Origin: Candidatus Eiseniibacteriota bacterium
GTDB taxonomy: Bacteria; Eisenbacteria; RBG-16-71-46; SZUA-252
NCBI GenBank assembly: GCA_963703225.1
Contig: OY969801.1
Location: forward strand, 2,112,001 to 2,176,000
DNA length: 64,000 nucleotides
Direction: 5' to 3'
Positions 1-9,137 of this stretch are shown piece by piece (the first letter of the stretch is position 1; each line of letters begins with the position of its first letter). A program made the translations under genes and the position numbers. The notes below the pieces were generated by a model. The model was given only the letters and a program-made list of their open reading frames with translations, did not search any database and was not told where the DNA came from.

Positions 1-368
1 CCCGCGACGGCGAGAGCTTTGGGATGGTCCTCTTGGAAGCCATGGCCTCGGGCGTCCCGATTGTGGCGACCGATCTCGCGGGCTATCGATCGGTCCTCAC
101 GCCCGACGCGGAGGGGATCATGGTTTCGCCCCACGATCCGGTCTCCCTCGCCGAGGCGCTCCGCCGCCTCCTCACCGATCCCGCGCTGCGCGCGCGATTG
201 GGCGCGCGCGGCATGGAGACGGCGCGCGGTTACGGGTGGCCGCGGGTGGTTGACCGCCTCGAGAAGATCTACGGCTCGCTCGCGGGGACGTTGCCTGCGG
301 ATTCGGACCCTGAGACGCTCCAACCGGAGCGATCGCCGGTCGTCTCGCTCACCGCGGCCACCCATTGA
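1..368 (+). CDS. Glycosyltransferase family 4 (PimA-like), C-terminal part; 5' end outside window
   Basis: Frame is open from base 3: RDGESFGMVLLEAMASGVPIVATD, the GT4 E-x7-E motif; stop overlaps the next start. Confidence 0.85.
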   Translation, partial: RDGESFGMVLLEAMASGVPIVATDLAGYRSVLTPDAEGIMVSPHDPVSLAEALRRLLTDPALRARLGARGMETARGYGWPRVVDRLEKIYGSLAGTLPADSDPETLQPERSPVVSLTAATH

Positions 369-1636
369 AGCTCGGAGCGTCGCCGCTCCAGCTCTTTCGC
401 CTCCCCAACTTTCGCGCGCTCTGGCTGGGACAGCTGATCTCCATCTTTGGAGATCGATTGACCTACCTGGCCCTCCTCGCCTTGATCCTCGAGCGCGCGG
501 CCGATCCAAGGAATCCGGCCCCCGAGCTCGCGCTGATTCCCCTCGCGAGCTTTCTCCCCGCGATCCTCTTCGGTCCCTGGGCTGGCGCGTTGGTCGACGG
601 CTGGAGCACCCGCGCGACCCTCCTCATCTCGGACGGGATCCGCGCGGTCGTGGTGCTCGCCATCATCCCGGCGGTCGGATGGGGCGGTCTGCCGGCCGCA
701 CTCGGGCTGATCTTTCTGCTCTATCTCGTGAACGCGTTCTTTCTACCCGCGCGGTCGGCGATCCTTCCCGACCTCGTCCCCGAGCAATCTCTGGTCGAGG
801 CCAACTCCCTCGCCACGCTGGCCGGGATCGTCGCGACCATCGTCGGATCGGTCCTGGGGGGAGCGCTGGTGGAACGGGCGGGGTGGAAGATCGGATTTCA
901 AATCGACGCGGCCACCTACTTCGTCTCCGTCCTGGCGCTCGCGTTCATCCGGGTAAAGCCCCGCGTGGCGCGGCCGCGCGGCGACGGCGTCGTCCCGGGA
1001 TATCGGCGGATCGCGCGCGACGTGCGCGAAGGGGCGCGGATCACCCTCGCCTCGCGGCCGACGCTCGGCGCGATCGGGGCGATGACGATGCTCTGGATCG
1101 CCGGCGGGGCGCTCCACGTCTCGCTGCCCCAGGTCCTCGGGCTGCGTCGCGAAGGCGTGATTTCGGGACTCGGCGGCGCGCTCGGCGCGGCGGCGCTCGG
1201 TATGGTGGCCGGCACGCTCCTCCTGGCGGGACGCGGGGGGACGCTCACACCTCGCCATCGGGTCGTCGTCGGGCTGGTTGGCTCTGGCATGGCGATCGCC
1301 GCGTTCGCGGCGCTCCGCCACCCGTTGGCGCTCGCCGGCGCGGCGTTCGCCGCGGGGATCTTTGTCGCCTTCCTTCTTGTGACGACCGAAGCAGCCATCC
1401 AGGCCTCGATCGCCGCCGAGGCGCGCGGCAGGGTCTTCGCGCTCCGGGATTTCCTGGCGAGGGTCGGCGTGCTCGCGAGCGCGGGTCTGCTCGGGCTCGT
1501 CTTGAAGCGAGGGTGGATGACGCCGACGTCGGTTGTGGGATTGGCGGGGGGAATCTTGGTGCTCGGAGGACTGATCGGCGCTCTGTTACGATGCGACGGA
1601 GCGCGCCAGGCTCCAGCGACGGGGCTACAGAGCTAG
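365..1636 (+). CDS. MFS transporter (H+ antiporter / macrolide efflux-like)
   Basis: 423 aa, ~12 hydrophobic segments, FRALWLGQLISIFGD N-terminus, GALVDGWSTR motif-A-like loop, RGRVFA. Confidence 0.85.
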   Translation: MKLGASPLQLFRLPNFRALWLGQLISIFGDRLTYLALLALILERAADPRNPAPELALIPLASFLPAILFGPWAGALVDGWSTRATLLISDGIRAVVVLAIIPAVGWGGLPAALGLIFLLYLVNAFFLPARSAILPDLVPEQSLVEANSLATLAGIVATIVGSVLGGALVERAGWKIGFQIDAATYFVSVLALAFIRVKPRVARPRGDGVVPGYRRIARDVREGARITLASRPTLGAIGAMTMLWIAGGALHVSLPQVLGLRREGVISGLGGALGAAALGMVAGTLLLAGRGGTLTPRHRVVVGLVGSGMAIAAFAALRHPLALAGAAFAAGIFVAFLLVTTEAAIQASIAAEARGRVFALRDFLARVGVLASAGLLGLVLKRGWMTPTSVVGLAGGILVLGGLIGALLRCDGARQAPATGLQS

Positions 1637-2514
1637 AAGATCTTCTTTCCGTCGGCCAGCATGTCGTTCAGGGCGTCCCGGAAGTAGGGCGTCGAGTTGG
1701 CGAACTCGGATCCGACCCGCTCCTTGTAGATCTCCCACGATTTCTTGATTTCGTACCCGAGCATCGCGACCAGGTTTCCCTCCCGCATTCCGCGCTCCTT
1801 CTTGTCGCGGTTGTAGATCGCGATGTCGGAGGCGAGAACGCGGGCGAGTCGCCGGGCCTTCTCGTGGGCGGAGCGCTCTACGGGCGAGAGCCCCTCCGGC
1901 AACGGGGTGCCCGTCGGTGCCGGAGAAGTGGACACGGCCTCCGGAGCCGGCGCGGCCGCTTCAGCGGCCTTACCTTGCCCGACTTCCGCCGTCTGCGGTG
2001 CTTCGTCGACGACCGGCTGCTCCTCGCGCGCGACCGCCACGGGAGACGGAGGGGCCACCGGCGACTCCACCGTCATCGTCGAACCATAGCCGGCCATGGA
2101 AGGCGTCGAGGCGTCCGTGAAGGAAGGTGGCGATCCGAATCGAGCCGGGGCTCCGGCCCGCTCGAATTCGTCCTCGGCCGCGGGGGCCTCGGGCGGCGGC
2201 TCTTGAGGAAAATGCTCCAGCGGCATCTCGGACTCGGGTGACCGCGCGGACGGCTTCTCCGCGGCCGCGGACGGTGCGTCGAAGCCGGATGAAACCGGAT
2301 CCTGATCGGAATCCGTGGCCGGGACCGGCGCCGCGGGAGACTCCGGGGACGGGGGAATCAGCTCCAAGTCTTGTGGAGCGAGCTCCGTCAACGGAGGCGG
2401 AGGAATCGTGATCAGGGTCGCGCACTTCTTGCATTTGACGCGCGCTCCCTGCGGAGGAATGAGCGAATCCTGAATGTTGTATCGGGCGCCGCAATTGCCG
2501 CAGTCGAGGATCAT
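1633..2514 (-). CDS. MJ0042-type zinc-ribbon protein with Pro/Ala/Glu-rich linker and helical C-terminal domain
   Basis: CGNC...GARVKCKKC N-terminus; low-complexity middle; C-terminal ARRLARVLASDIAIYN; AGGAG RBS. Confidence 0.8.
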   Translation of the reverse strand: MILDCGNCGARYNIQDSLIPPQGARVKCKKCATLITIPPPPLTELAPQDLELIPPSPESPAAPVPATDSDQDPVSSGFDAPSAAAEKPSARSPESEMPLEHFPQEPPPEAPAAEDEFERAGAPARFGSPPSFTDASTPSMAGYGSTMTVESPVAPPSPVAVAREEQPVVDEAPQTAEVGQGKAAEAAAPAPEAVSTSPAPTGTPLPEGLSPVERSAHEKARRLARVLASDIAIYNRDKKERGMREGNLVAMLGYEIKKSWEIYKERVGSEFANSTPYFRDALNDMLADGKKIF

Positions 2515-2560
2515 TCGCGAGGCTCCTGGGGCTCTCTGGGTCGACGGCCGTTCGATCCCT

Positions 2561-2588
2561 CTATCGGCCGATCGCCCTGCATCTTTGA
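2561..2588 (-). promoter_or_regulatory. Putative sigma28 (FliA/WhiG)-type promoter of the zinc-ribbon gene
   Basis: Minus strand TCAAAG-N14-GCCGATAG in the intergenic gap, 47 nt upstream of the ATG. Confidence 0.55.
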
Positions 2589-2596
2589 CGATTTCT

Positions 2597-4666
2597 CTAG
2601 CCGCTTCCCAGGTACCTGTCGGCGCCCGCGAAGCGTGCCTCGATCCAGGCCCTGAGCCGAGGCTCCCCCTCCTCGGCCTCCCCCCGCTCGAGGAGGACCT
2701 GGGCCCAGTCGCGGCCGGCCTCGATCAAGTCCTGATCTTTGAACGGGTCAGCGGCCCGAAACTCCGGGAAACCGTGCTGGGACGTCCCCAGTAGCTCCCC
2801 AGGCCCGCGGAGCTTGAGATCCTCCTCCGCCAGCCGGAATCCGTCCGAGACCGTCTGGAAGATCCGAAGACGGCTCCTCGCCGCCTGGCCGATCCCCCGT
2901 CCCATGACGAGCACGCAGCGTCCGGCCCGGTCCGCCCTGCCTACCCGTCCCCGGAGTTGATGGAGCTGGGCCAGACCGAAGCGCTCGGGGTGCTCGATCG
3001 CGACCAGGGTCGCCTCCGGAATGTCGAGCCCCACTTCGACCACCGTCGTCGCGACCAGGATTCGCGCTTCGCCGCTTCGAAACCGCGCGATCGCGTCCCG
3101 CCGCTCTTCCGCCTTGAGCCGTCCGTGAACGAGCGCCACCCCGGCGCCCGCGAGGGCGGGCACGGAGGCCAGCCTGGAGGCCATGGCCGTCGCCGCCTTG
3201 AGGTCGATCGCCTCGCTTTCCTCGACCACGGGATAGACCACGAACGCGCTCCCTCCCCGCGCGACCTCCTCGCGAAGGAGCTCGACGAGCGAGCCAGGCC
3301 GGTCGCCGTCCAGGACCTTGGTCTCGACCGGCGCGCGGCCGGGAGGCTTTTCGTCGAGCAGAGATACGTCGAGATCTCCATAGAGCGTCAACGCGAGGCT
3401 GCGCGGGATCGGCGTCGCGGTCAAGACGAGGAGGTGGGCTCCGGGCGCTTCGGTGCCCCCCTGGGTCAGGGTGACCCGCTGGCGCACCCCGAACCGGTGC
3501 TGCTCGTCGACCACGACGAGCGCGAGGGAGCGAAAGACGAGATCCCGCTCAAGGAGCGCGTGGGTACCGATCGCGATGGGAATCTCTCCCGAGGCGAATC
3601 CTGCGCCAAGGCGCTCCCTCTCCTTGGCGGGCGTCGCGGCCGTGCGAAGCCCGATGGGAATCGCGAGCCCAGCCAGGAGGCGGGCGGCCGTCACCGCGTG
3701 CTGCTCCGCGAGAATGGAGGTGGGCGCCAGGATCGCGGCCTGGTGCCCCGCGCCGACCGCGCGCAGCGCCGCCGCGAGAGCCACGACGGTCTTCCCCGAG
3801 CCGACGTCGCCCAAGAGCAGGCGCCGCATCGGAACCGACCGGTCGAGGTCCCCCGCGATCGCTTCCACGGCCCTGGACTGGGCGGGCGTCGGGACGAACG
3901 GGAGGGATTGGATGAACCGTTCGGCGATCCCCGATCCGCGCTCCAGCGAAAGCGCGCGGCGCCCCCGCCGGTGGCGGCGACGGGCGTACTGGAGCGAGAT
4001 CTGAAGCGTCAGGATTTCCTCGAGCGCCAGCCGCCGGCGCGCGGGCTCCGCGTCCTCAGGGCGTGGAGGAAAATGAACCATCTCCATCGCCTGCGAAAGG
4101 GGCGGGACACCGACGCGCGAGCGCCAGTCGTCGGGGAGGAGATCGGGAATCGGCCCGAGCGCGTCGAGGGCGGCGCGCACCCGGGCCCTCAGCCAGCGAT
4201 CGCTGACTCCCTCCGTCAGCGCGTAGCGCGGGACGACCCGCCCGACGTGAAGGTGGCCCTCGGTCCCCTCGGCCGGCTCGAATTCGGGGTTGTGGAGCTC
4301 CAGCCCGCGAAACGCTTGCACGGCGCCGGAGAAGAGAAAGTGGTCCCCCACGCGGAGCGAGGATTCCAGGTGGGGCTGGTTGAACCAGACGGCGCGGAGA
4401 ACGCCGCTTTCGTCCCGGAGCGTCCCCTGGAGATCCTGACGGCCGCGGAGGCGGCGGACGCGAAGAGCGGCCACCGTCGCGAGAATGGAGGCCTCCGAGC
4501 CGGGCGTGAGTCGGGCGATCGGGGAGATCGCGCGGCGGTCCCGGTAGCCGGTCGGGACGTGGAACAGGAGGTCCCGGATCGTCTCGATGCCGAGGCGGGA
4601 GAGCCGGCGCGACATCTCCGGACCCACGCCGCGCAGATACCGGACTGAATCGGAGAGGGCGGCCAT
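2597..4666 (-). CDS. recG: ATP-dependent DNA helicase RecG
   Basis: LRGVGP N-terminus, OB wedge, GDVGSGKT Walker A, DEQH, TATPIPR, QLHQLRGRVGR, DLKLRGPGE. Confidence 0.97.
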   Translation of the reverse strand: MAALSDSVRYLRGVGPEMSRRLSRLGIETIRDLLFHVPTGYRDRRAISPIARLTPGSEASILATVAALRVRRLRGRQDLQGTLRDESGVLRAVWFNQPHLESSLRVGDHFLFSGAVQAFRGLELHNPEFEPAEGTEGHLHVGRVVPRYALTEGVSDRWLRARVRAALDALGPIPDLLPDDWRSRVGVPPLSQAMEMVHFPPRPEDAEPARRRLALEEILTLQISLQYARRRHRRGRRALSLERGSGIAERFIQSLPFVPTPAQSRAVEAIAGDLDRSVPMRRLLLGDVGSGKTVVALAAALRAVGAGHQAAILAPTSILAEQHAVTAARLLAGLAIPIGLRTAATPAKERERLGAGFASGEIPIAIGTHALLERDLVFRSLALVVVDEQHRFGVRQRVTLTQGGTEAPGAHLLVLTATPIPRSLALTLYGDLDVSLLDEKPPGRAPVETKVLDGDRPGSLVELLREEVARGGSAFVVYPVVEESEAIDLKAATAMASRLASVPALAGAGVALVHGRLKAEERRDAIARFRSGEARILVATTVVEVGLDIPEATLVAIEHPERFGLAQLHQLRGRVGRADRAGRCVLVMGRGIGQAARSRLRIFQTVSDGFRLAEEDLKLRGPGELLGTSQHGFPEFRAADPFKDQDLIEAGRDWAQVLLERGEAEEGEPRLRAWIEARFAGADRYLGSG

Positions 4667-4673
4667 CCCAGCG

Positions 4674-4703
4674 ATGCTAGGCGCCGCCCTCAACCGAAGT
4701 CAA
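4674..4703 (-). promoter_or_regulatory. Putative sigma70 promoter of recG (leaderless)
   Basis: TTGACT-N18-TAGCAT then 7 nt to the ATG at 4666; no SD. Confidence 0.55.
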
Positions 4704-4717
4704 ACTTCGTCCGCCGG

Positions 4718-5029
4718 TCAGTTCGTCAGCGTCTGCCCGGACTGGTAGTTGCTCGAAGCAGGATTCGCCGGCTTCTCCGGCGCCTGTGCCGGGTCGCCGG
4801 CAGCGGGGGGCGTCGTCGATTCCGGCGTCACCGCCGGGGTCGCGTTCTCCGCCGCGTGCTGGTTGCTCTTCTGGATCGTGATCCCCATCGCGAGCGCGAT
4901 CGCGCCGATCAGGAGCACCGCGATCACCAGGGGCGCCGCCGCGAAGCGGCTCCCCTTGCTCTTCCCCGCGCCCCGATCCGCCGAGGCGGACCGGGACTTC
5001 TTGCTCTTTTCCCTTCCCTGAGGCGTCAT
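4718..5029 (-). CDS. Small single-pass membrane hypothetical protein
   Basis: MTPQGREKSKK basic N-terminus, one TM (LVIAVLLIGAIALAMGI), Pro/Ala/Thr tail; starts 1 nt after the pilX-like stop. Confidence 0.65.
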   Translation of the reverse strand: MTPQGREKSKKSRSASADRGAGKSKGSRFAAAPLVIAVLLIGAIALAMGITIQKSNQHAAENATPAVTPESTTPPAAGDPAQAPEKPANPASSNYQSGQTLTN

Positions 5030-5030
5030 T

Positions 5031-6668
5031 TTAGAGCTCCCTCCACGCGACCGTCCGAGCGGACGGCAGGTCCGCCGTGAACCGATTGGTCGTCGGGAAA
5101 TAGGGCGGGATGACACCCCGCCGGTCGTATTGGAAATTGCGTCCGAACCCGGTCGACTGCTGCCCAGTCGACGAGTTGAACGTGCCGAACGCTCCGTAGT
5201 TGTACTCCACCATCCCCCCTCGGAGATTGAATGTCCCGCGCGGCTCGCCGCTGTCGTAACCGTCCACCGTGAAGGACTTGCCGCTCCCCGTCGCCATGAC
5301 GAACGCATCGAGGTTCATGTCGTCGGGCGCGGTGGAGCCGATCCGAACGTTCCCGTTCACCGAGAAGAGGCCGAGGACGTTCTGGCTGTTGGGATAGCCG
5401 TCGTACGTCACGTCGCGCGTGACCACGATGTCGCCGGTCGAAGCCAGGAGCATCTGCGTGTCCAGAGCGATCGCGGGCGGCGGCGACCCGCTCACGCGAT
5501 CGGGGCCGCGCAGGTCGCTCACCGAGCCGTTGACATACGAGACTCCGCGAGGCACGCCGTTGTAATCAGTCGTGGTCGAACCCGTGACGACGCGCGTCGT
5601 GGTCGCGCTCGCGTTGACCGTGATCGTCGTCGTCGTGGAACCCTGTTTCACTGCGTAGACCTGATTGCCGTACGCGTCGATGCTCGTCGTCATCCGGTCC
5701 ACGGATCCCTGAATGTAGATTCCGCCGCTCACATCCGAGCCGGAGTGCGGCACGTAGACGCCCGTCGGCGGCGCGCTGCTGCCCGATCCGAGCCCCAGCG
5801 CCGTGTTGATCTGGCTATTGCTGGGCGACGTCATGTCGGACGGGTCTCTCCCCAGCGCCGCGTTCTGCTGGCTGAACGCGTTGGTCGGGAGCGGAATCGC
5901 CGCCTGGTTGCGGTCGAATCCGCCGTAAAGGGCCGGGACGTCGATCGTGCCGTTGTGGTCCGAGTTCAGCTCGACCGGGTCGCCCTTGTTGTTGTACCAC
6001 GCTTCGGGATCCACGCTCGTCACCAAGTCCTGGAATTCCGGCTTGTTCGCGAAGCGGAACTCGCCGTTGGTGTGGACGCGGCCATCGAACCGGGTATTCG
6101 ACGTGAACCAGATCGGGTTGTTGCCCGGCGTGAGGTGGACGTTCGTGAAGACCAGGTAGTCCGAGAAGGACCCACGCGAGACGCTCACCCGGAGAATGCC
6201 GGTGGTCTGGATCGAGCGAGAGCCGGCGGCGCCGAAGCCGCCCGTCGCGCTCGTCGTATAGGTGTAGTCGTAGAACTGCGCCGACGGCTGAAGCGTGCTG
6301 TCCGTAAAGGCAATCGTCGCCGAGGCGTTGAATCTGGGATTCGTGCCGGCCGTGGTGATGGCGCCGGCCGGGAAGACCCCCTGCGGATTGCTGATGATCG
6401 GACCCACGCCGCTCCAGGCGGCGACCAAGCTGTCGAGCTTGGCTTTCGCCATGTTCGCGAGCGCCTGCTGGGTGACGCGCACGCCGGCGTCGGCGGAGAG
6501 AAGGGCTCCGCGGGCGATGTGCACGTTCGACGAGATCGACCGCTCACCGGTGACCGTCGACATGAACGTCAGTCCGAGGATGGAGGCCAGCATTACGACG
6601 AGCAGCGCGCTGATGAGCGCGAAGCCCCGCTCGCCTTCCCTGGCGTTCACGATCGATCCGGTATACAT
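5031..6668 (-). CDS. PilX/GspK-like minor pilin with large C-terminal (DUF4900-like) domain
   Basis: Class III signal RG|FALISALL lacking Glu5; SADAGV PilX motif; FDGRVHTNG; AAGGAGG RBS. Confidence 0.8.
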   Translation of the reverse strand: MYTGSIVNAREGERGFALISALLVVMLASILGLTFMSTVTGERSISSNVHIARGALLSADAGVRVTQQALANMAKAKLDSLVAAWSGVGPIISNPQGVFPAGAITTAGTNPRFNASATIAFTDSTLQPSAQFYDYTYTTSATGGFGAAGSRSIQTTGILRVSVSRGSFSDYLVFTNVHLTPGNNPIWFTSNTRFDGRVHTNGEFRFANKPEFQDLVTSVDPEAWYNNKGDPVELNSDHNGTIDVPALYGGFDRNQAAIPLPTNAFSQQNAALGRDPSDMTSPSNSQINTALGLGSGSSAPPTGVYVPHSGSDVSGGIYIQGSVDRMTTSIDAYGNQVYAVKQGSTTTTITVNASATTTRVVTGSTTTDYNGVPRGVSYVNGSVSDLRGPDRVSGSPPPAIALDTQMLLASTGDIVVTRDVTYDGYPNSQNVLGLFSVNGNVRIGSTAPDDMNLDAFVMATGSGKSFTVDGYDSGEPRGTFNLRGGMVEYNYGAFGTFNSSTGQQSTGFGRNFQYDRRGVIPPYFPTTNRFTADLPSARTVAWREL

Positions 6669-6681
6669 GACGAATTCCTCC

Positions 6682-7551
6682 TTAGAACGTCCGCGGCCGA
6701 ACCAGCGTGTACACCGAGTCGTCAACGACGGTGGCACCTCGGTCGGTCACTCGCGTCACGATAATGGGGCGGATCTTGTCGATCAGCGACAGGTCCACCG
6801 GGTTGCGCGTCACGGTGTCGTCTTGGAGCAAGTACCAGACGTGGAACGCATTCACGTCCGTGGCAACCACCTGCGCCGGGGACCCTTGATCCCGTCGGAC
6901 GAGGCAGGGGGTCCTGAACGAAGTGTTATCCACCTTGTAGGTGACCCAGGCGACTCGGTAGACGCGGGCGCCGGTCCCGTATCCTCCGGCGGGCCAGGGC
7001 GTGTGACCGCCCGCCATGTTGTAGACGGAGGTCGCCGCGTGCGTGAGATCGGCCGGCGAGCCAGACACCGCGGTCACCTGCCAGATGTGCGCCGTGGATC
7101 CACTCGTCACGAGCACAAAGTCGCCGTTCTTGAAACCGGCCGTGCTCTGGCACTGGATCACCGAGGTGGCTGTTCCCATCGGGGCCCGAAGCGTGGTCTG
7201 CGCGTCCCAGGCTCCGAGGAGCACCAGCGAGTCGTTGCTGGCCGCCGAGACGTAGCCGGGCGTCACGGCGGTCAGGGTCATCGGGTTGCCGTTGTTGCAG
7301 CCTTGGACCGGAGTCCGTCCCCAGCCCGAGCCCACCATCCGGAGCTCGCGCTCGAGCAGCTGCAGCGCCGCGCGCGATCCCTGGCGCGCCTCCACGACCT
7401 TCTCGGTGCGCCGGGCACTCGACTGGGAGCGGAAATAGGAGTAGAAGACCGCGCCCAGGACCACGCTCAAGACGGTCAGCGTGATCATGAGCTCGACCAG
7501 GGTGTACCCCTTGTCGCTACGCCCGGACGATTTCTTCCATTCGAAGCTCAA
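6682..7551 (-). CDS. PilW-like minor pilin
   Basis: KG|YTLVELMI prepilin signal; LERELRMVG helix motif. Confidence 0.85.
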   Translation of the reverse strand: MSFEWKKSSGRSDKGYTLVELMITLTVLSVVLGAVFYSYFRSQSSARRTEKVVEARQGSRAALQLLERELRMVGSGWGRTPVQGCNNGNPMTLTAVTPGYVSAASNDSLVLLGAWDAQTTLRAPMGTATSVIQCQSTAGFKNGDFVLVTSGSTAHIWQVTAVSGSPADLTHAATSVYNMAGGHTPWPAGGYGTGARVYRVAWVTYKVDNTSFRTPCLVRRDQGSPAQVVATDVNAFHVWYLLQDDTVTRNPVDLSLIDKIRPIIVTRVTDRGATVVDDSVYTLVRPRTF

Positions 7552-7552
7552 C

Positions 7553-7996
7553 TCAACCTCCCGATCGCGGCTTGACGATGACCACCGTCGCGCCTGAAGA
7601 GGAGCTGGAGAGAGGCCAGCCGGCGGTCAGCGTCACCCTCTTGCACTCCGCCACCGGTTGGTCGTCCTGCACCACCCAGCGGACGTAGTACTTCCCGTCG
7701 TACGGATTGGCCGGGTCCGAATGCGCCCCGGCGGTGAGCGTGCTGTCGGTATAGCTCGCGCTGAGCAGGTTCTCCGCGGTGGCGGACATCAGCTCCGAGC
7801 CGCGGGTCTGGTCGGCCGACCGGTTCACGCTTCTCGCGCCGGCGGGCATCAAGGTCGCCATGCTCAAGACGCCGACCGCGAAGACGATCATCGCGACCAT
7901 CACCTCGACGAGCGTGAAGCCGGGGGCGCCGGCGATATGGGCCGGCTGCGCCGCCCGCTTGGAGCGGCGCGTCGAATGACTCAGGTTGTGTGTCAT
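7553..7996 (-). CDS. PilV-like minor pilin
   Basis: PG|FTLVEVMVAMIVFAVGVL prepilin signal; 147 aa. Confidence 0.85.
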   Translation of the reverse strand: MTHNLSHSTRRSKRAAQPAHIAGAPGFTLVEVMVAMIVFAVGVLSMATLMPAGARSVNRSADQTRGSELMSATAENLLSASYTDSTLTAGAHSDPANPYDGKYYVRWVVQDDQPVAECKRVTLTAGWPLSSSSSGATVVIVKPRSGG

Positions 7997-8478
7997 GGGC
8001 GATATACCAGTCCTGTGGCCGAGACGAAGAGTGTGTCGCGCTTGCTGTTTCCGTAGACGATCATGTTCCCTCCGGTGACGCTCGGAGCGAGGGAGCCGCT
8101 GCTATCGAAAATGAGCGAGTCGGTCGGCTGAAGGGAGACGTTCTCGAGCTTGGTCCCGTTCGGGAGCGTGAAGGAGGCCCATGGCTCGCCCGATTGCTTG
8201 ATCCGGTCGTTGTTCGTGTCCGTATGGACGCTGTACGTCGTCACATTGGTCGTCGTGGCTCCATCCCCAAACGCCACGATGATCGGCGAGTGGGTGGTCA
8301 CGGCCTTCTGCCGCGCCATCCGGAGCGTTTCCATGACGGCGTCGCGCGCCTGCTTTTCGGTCATGGAGCGGGAGAGGCTCAAGAAGGCCGGGACCCCCGT
8401 CGCCAGGATGATTCCGGCGATGACGATCACGACCGCGATCTCCACCAATGTGAAGCCGCTGCGAGAGAAGGTTTTCAC
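7993..8478 (-). CDS. FimT/FimU/GspH-like minor pilin
   Basis: SG|FTLVEIAVV signal; LRMARQKAV motif; IFDSSG; GTG start with GGAG upstream. Confidence 0.85.
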   Translation of the reverse strand: MKTFSRSGFTLVEIAVVIVIAGIILATGVPAFLSLSRSMTEKQARDAVMETLRMARQKAVTTHSPIIVAFGDGATTTNVTTYSVHTDTNNDRIKQSGEPWASFTLPNGTKLENVSLQPTDSLIFDSSGSLAPSVTGGNMIVYGNSKRDTLFVSATGLVYRP

Positions 8479-8533
8479 GTCTCCATTGCCTCCAGCCCCC
8501 CTGCGGCACACCCCTGCCGCGAACAATAGTTGT

Positions 8534-8550
8534 ACGCAACGGGTGTGCCA
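8534..8550 (-). promoter_or_regulatory. sigma54 (-24/-12) promoter of the minor pilin operon
   Basis: Minus strand TGGCAC-ACCCG-TTGCGT, near-perfect TGGCAC-N5-TTGC consensus, 56 nt upstream of the start. Confidence 0.75.
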
Positions 8551-8720
8551 GGGCACAGTTGGCCGCCCGGATGTGACGAAACGCCAATCGAGTAGAGACT
8601 CCGGTGGCTACACGCCCGGCGCGGCGCGAATCCCCTGGCCCGTGCAGGTCGCCCCGGCCGGGCGGCGCAAAGCGCATCGCGCAAATGCCCCCCGCGAGGG
8701 CAAGACACGGGCATTCAGAG

Positions 8721-8747
8721 CTATCGGCGTTCCGTGTGCGATCTTGA
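8721..8747 (-). promoter_or_regulatory. Putative sigma28-type promoter upstream of the pilin operon
   Basis: Minus strand TCAAG-N14-GCCGATAG; same motif and spacing as at 2561-2588. Confidence 0.55.
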
Positions 8748-8752
8748 TCTCA

Positions 8753-8781
8753 TTGTGGCGGGGCCGCGAATCGGTTAGACT
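8753..8781 (+). promoter_or_regulatory. Putative sigma70 promoter of rpmB
   Basis: TTGTGG-N17-TAGACT followed by AGGAGG RBS. Confidence 0.5.
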
Positions 8782-8809
8782 CGGCGGCTCATTGTCCTAG
8801 GAGGATTTG

Positions 8810-9034
8810 ATGGCAAGGGTTTGCGATGTTTGCGGCAAGGGCGTCCAGTTTGGGCAGAACGTGAGCCACGCCCACAACGTGACCAAGCGGCGCTGGGAGG
8901 TCAACCTCCAGACGGTCCGCGCGGTTGTCGAGGGGCGCCCCAAGCGGATCCGCGTCTGCACGCGGTGCCTTCGGCGTGGATCGGTCCAGAAGGGCATGGG
9001 CTCCAAAGACACGCAGCGCGCCCGGGCGATCTAG
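8810..9034 (+). CDS. rpmB: 50S ribosomal protein L28
   Basis: [11 protein letters not shown]...[18 protein letters not shown]...VCTRCLR; AGGAGG RBS. Confidence 0.97.
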   Translation: MARVCDVCGKGVQFGQNVSHAHNVTKRRWEVNLQTVRAVVEGRPKRIRVCTRCLRRGSVQKGMGSKDTQRARAI

Positions 9035-9071
9035 ACCCGGACGCGCTGCTCCACCCCACCCCACCCCTCGT

Positions 9072-9114
9072 CCCCGCCCCCTGGCGGGGGTTCCCCTTCC
9101 AGCGGGGAATTTTC
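9072..9114 (+). terminator. Possible terminator hairpins between convergent rpmB and ftsZ
   Basis: CCCCGCC-ccct-GGCGGGG followed by TTCCCC-N7-GGGGAA-TTTT. Confidence 0.4.
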
Positions 9115-9137
9115 TCGGATCGGCCCGCCGACCCTCT

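Noticed and set aside
19..2241. Long alternative and antisense ORFs (e.g. 19-2241, 12611-15067, 15357-17309, 31830-33989, 58290-60074)
   Set aside because: Shadow ORFs expected at high GC; Arg/Pro/Gly-rich, no motifs, and they overlap well-supported genes
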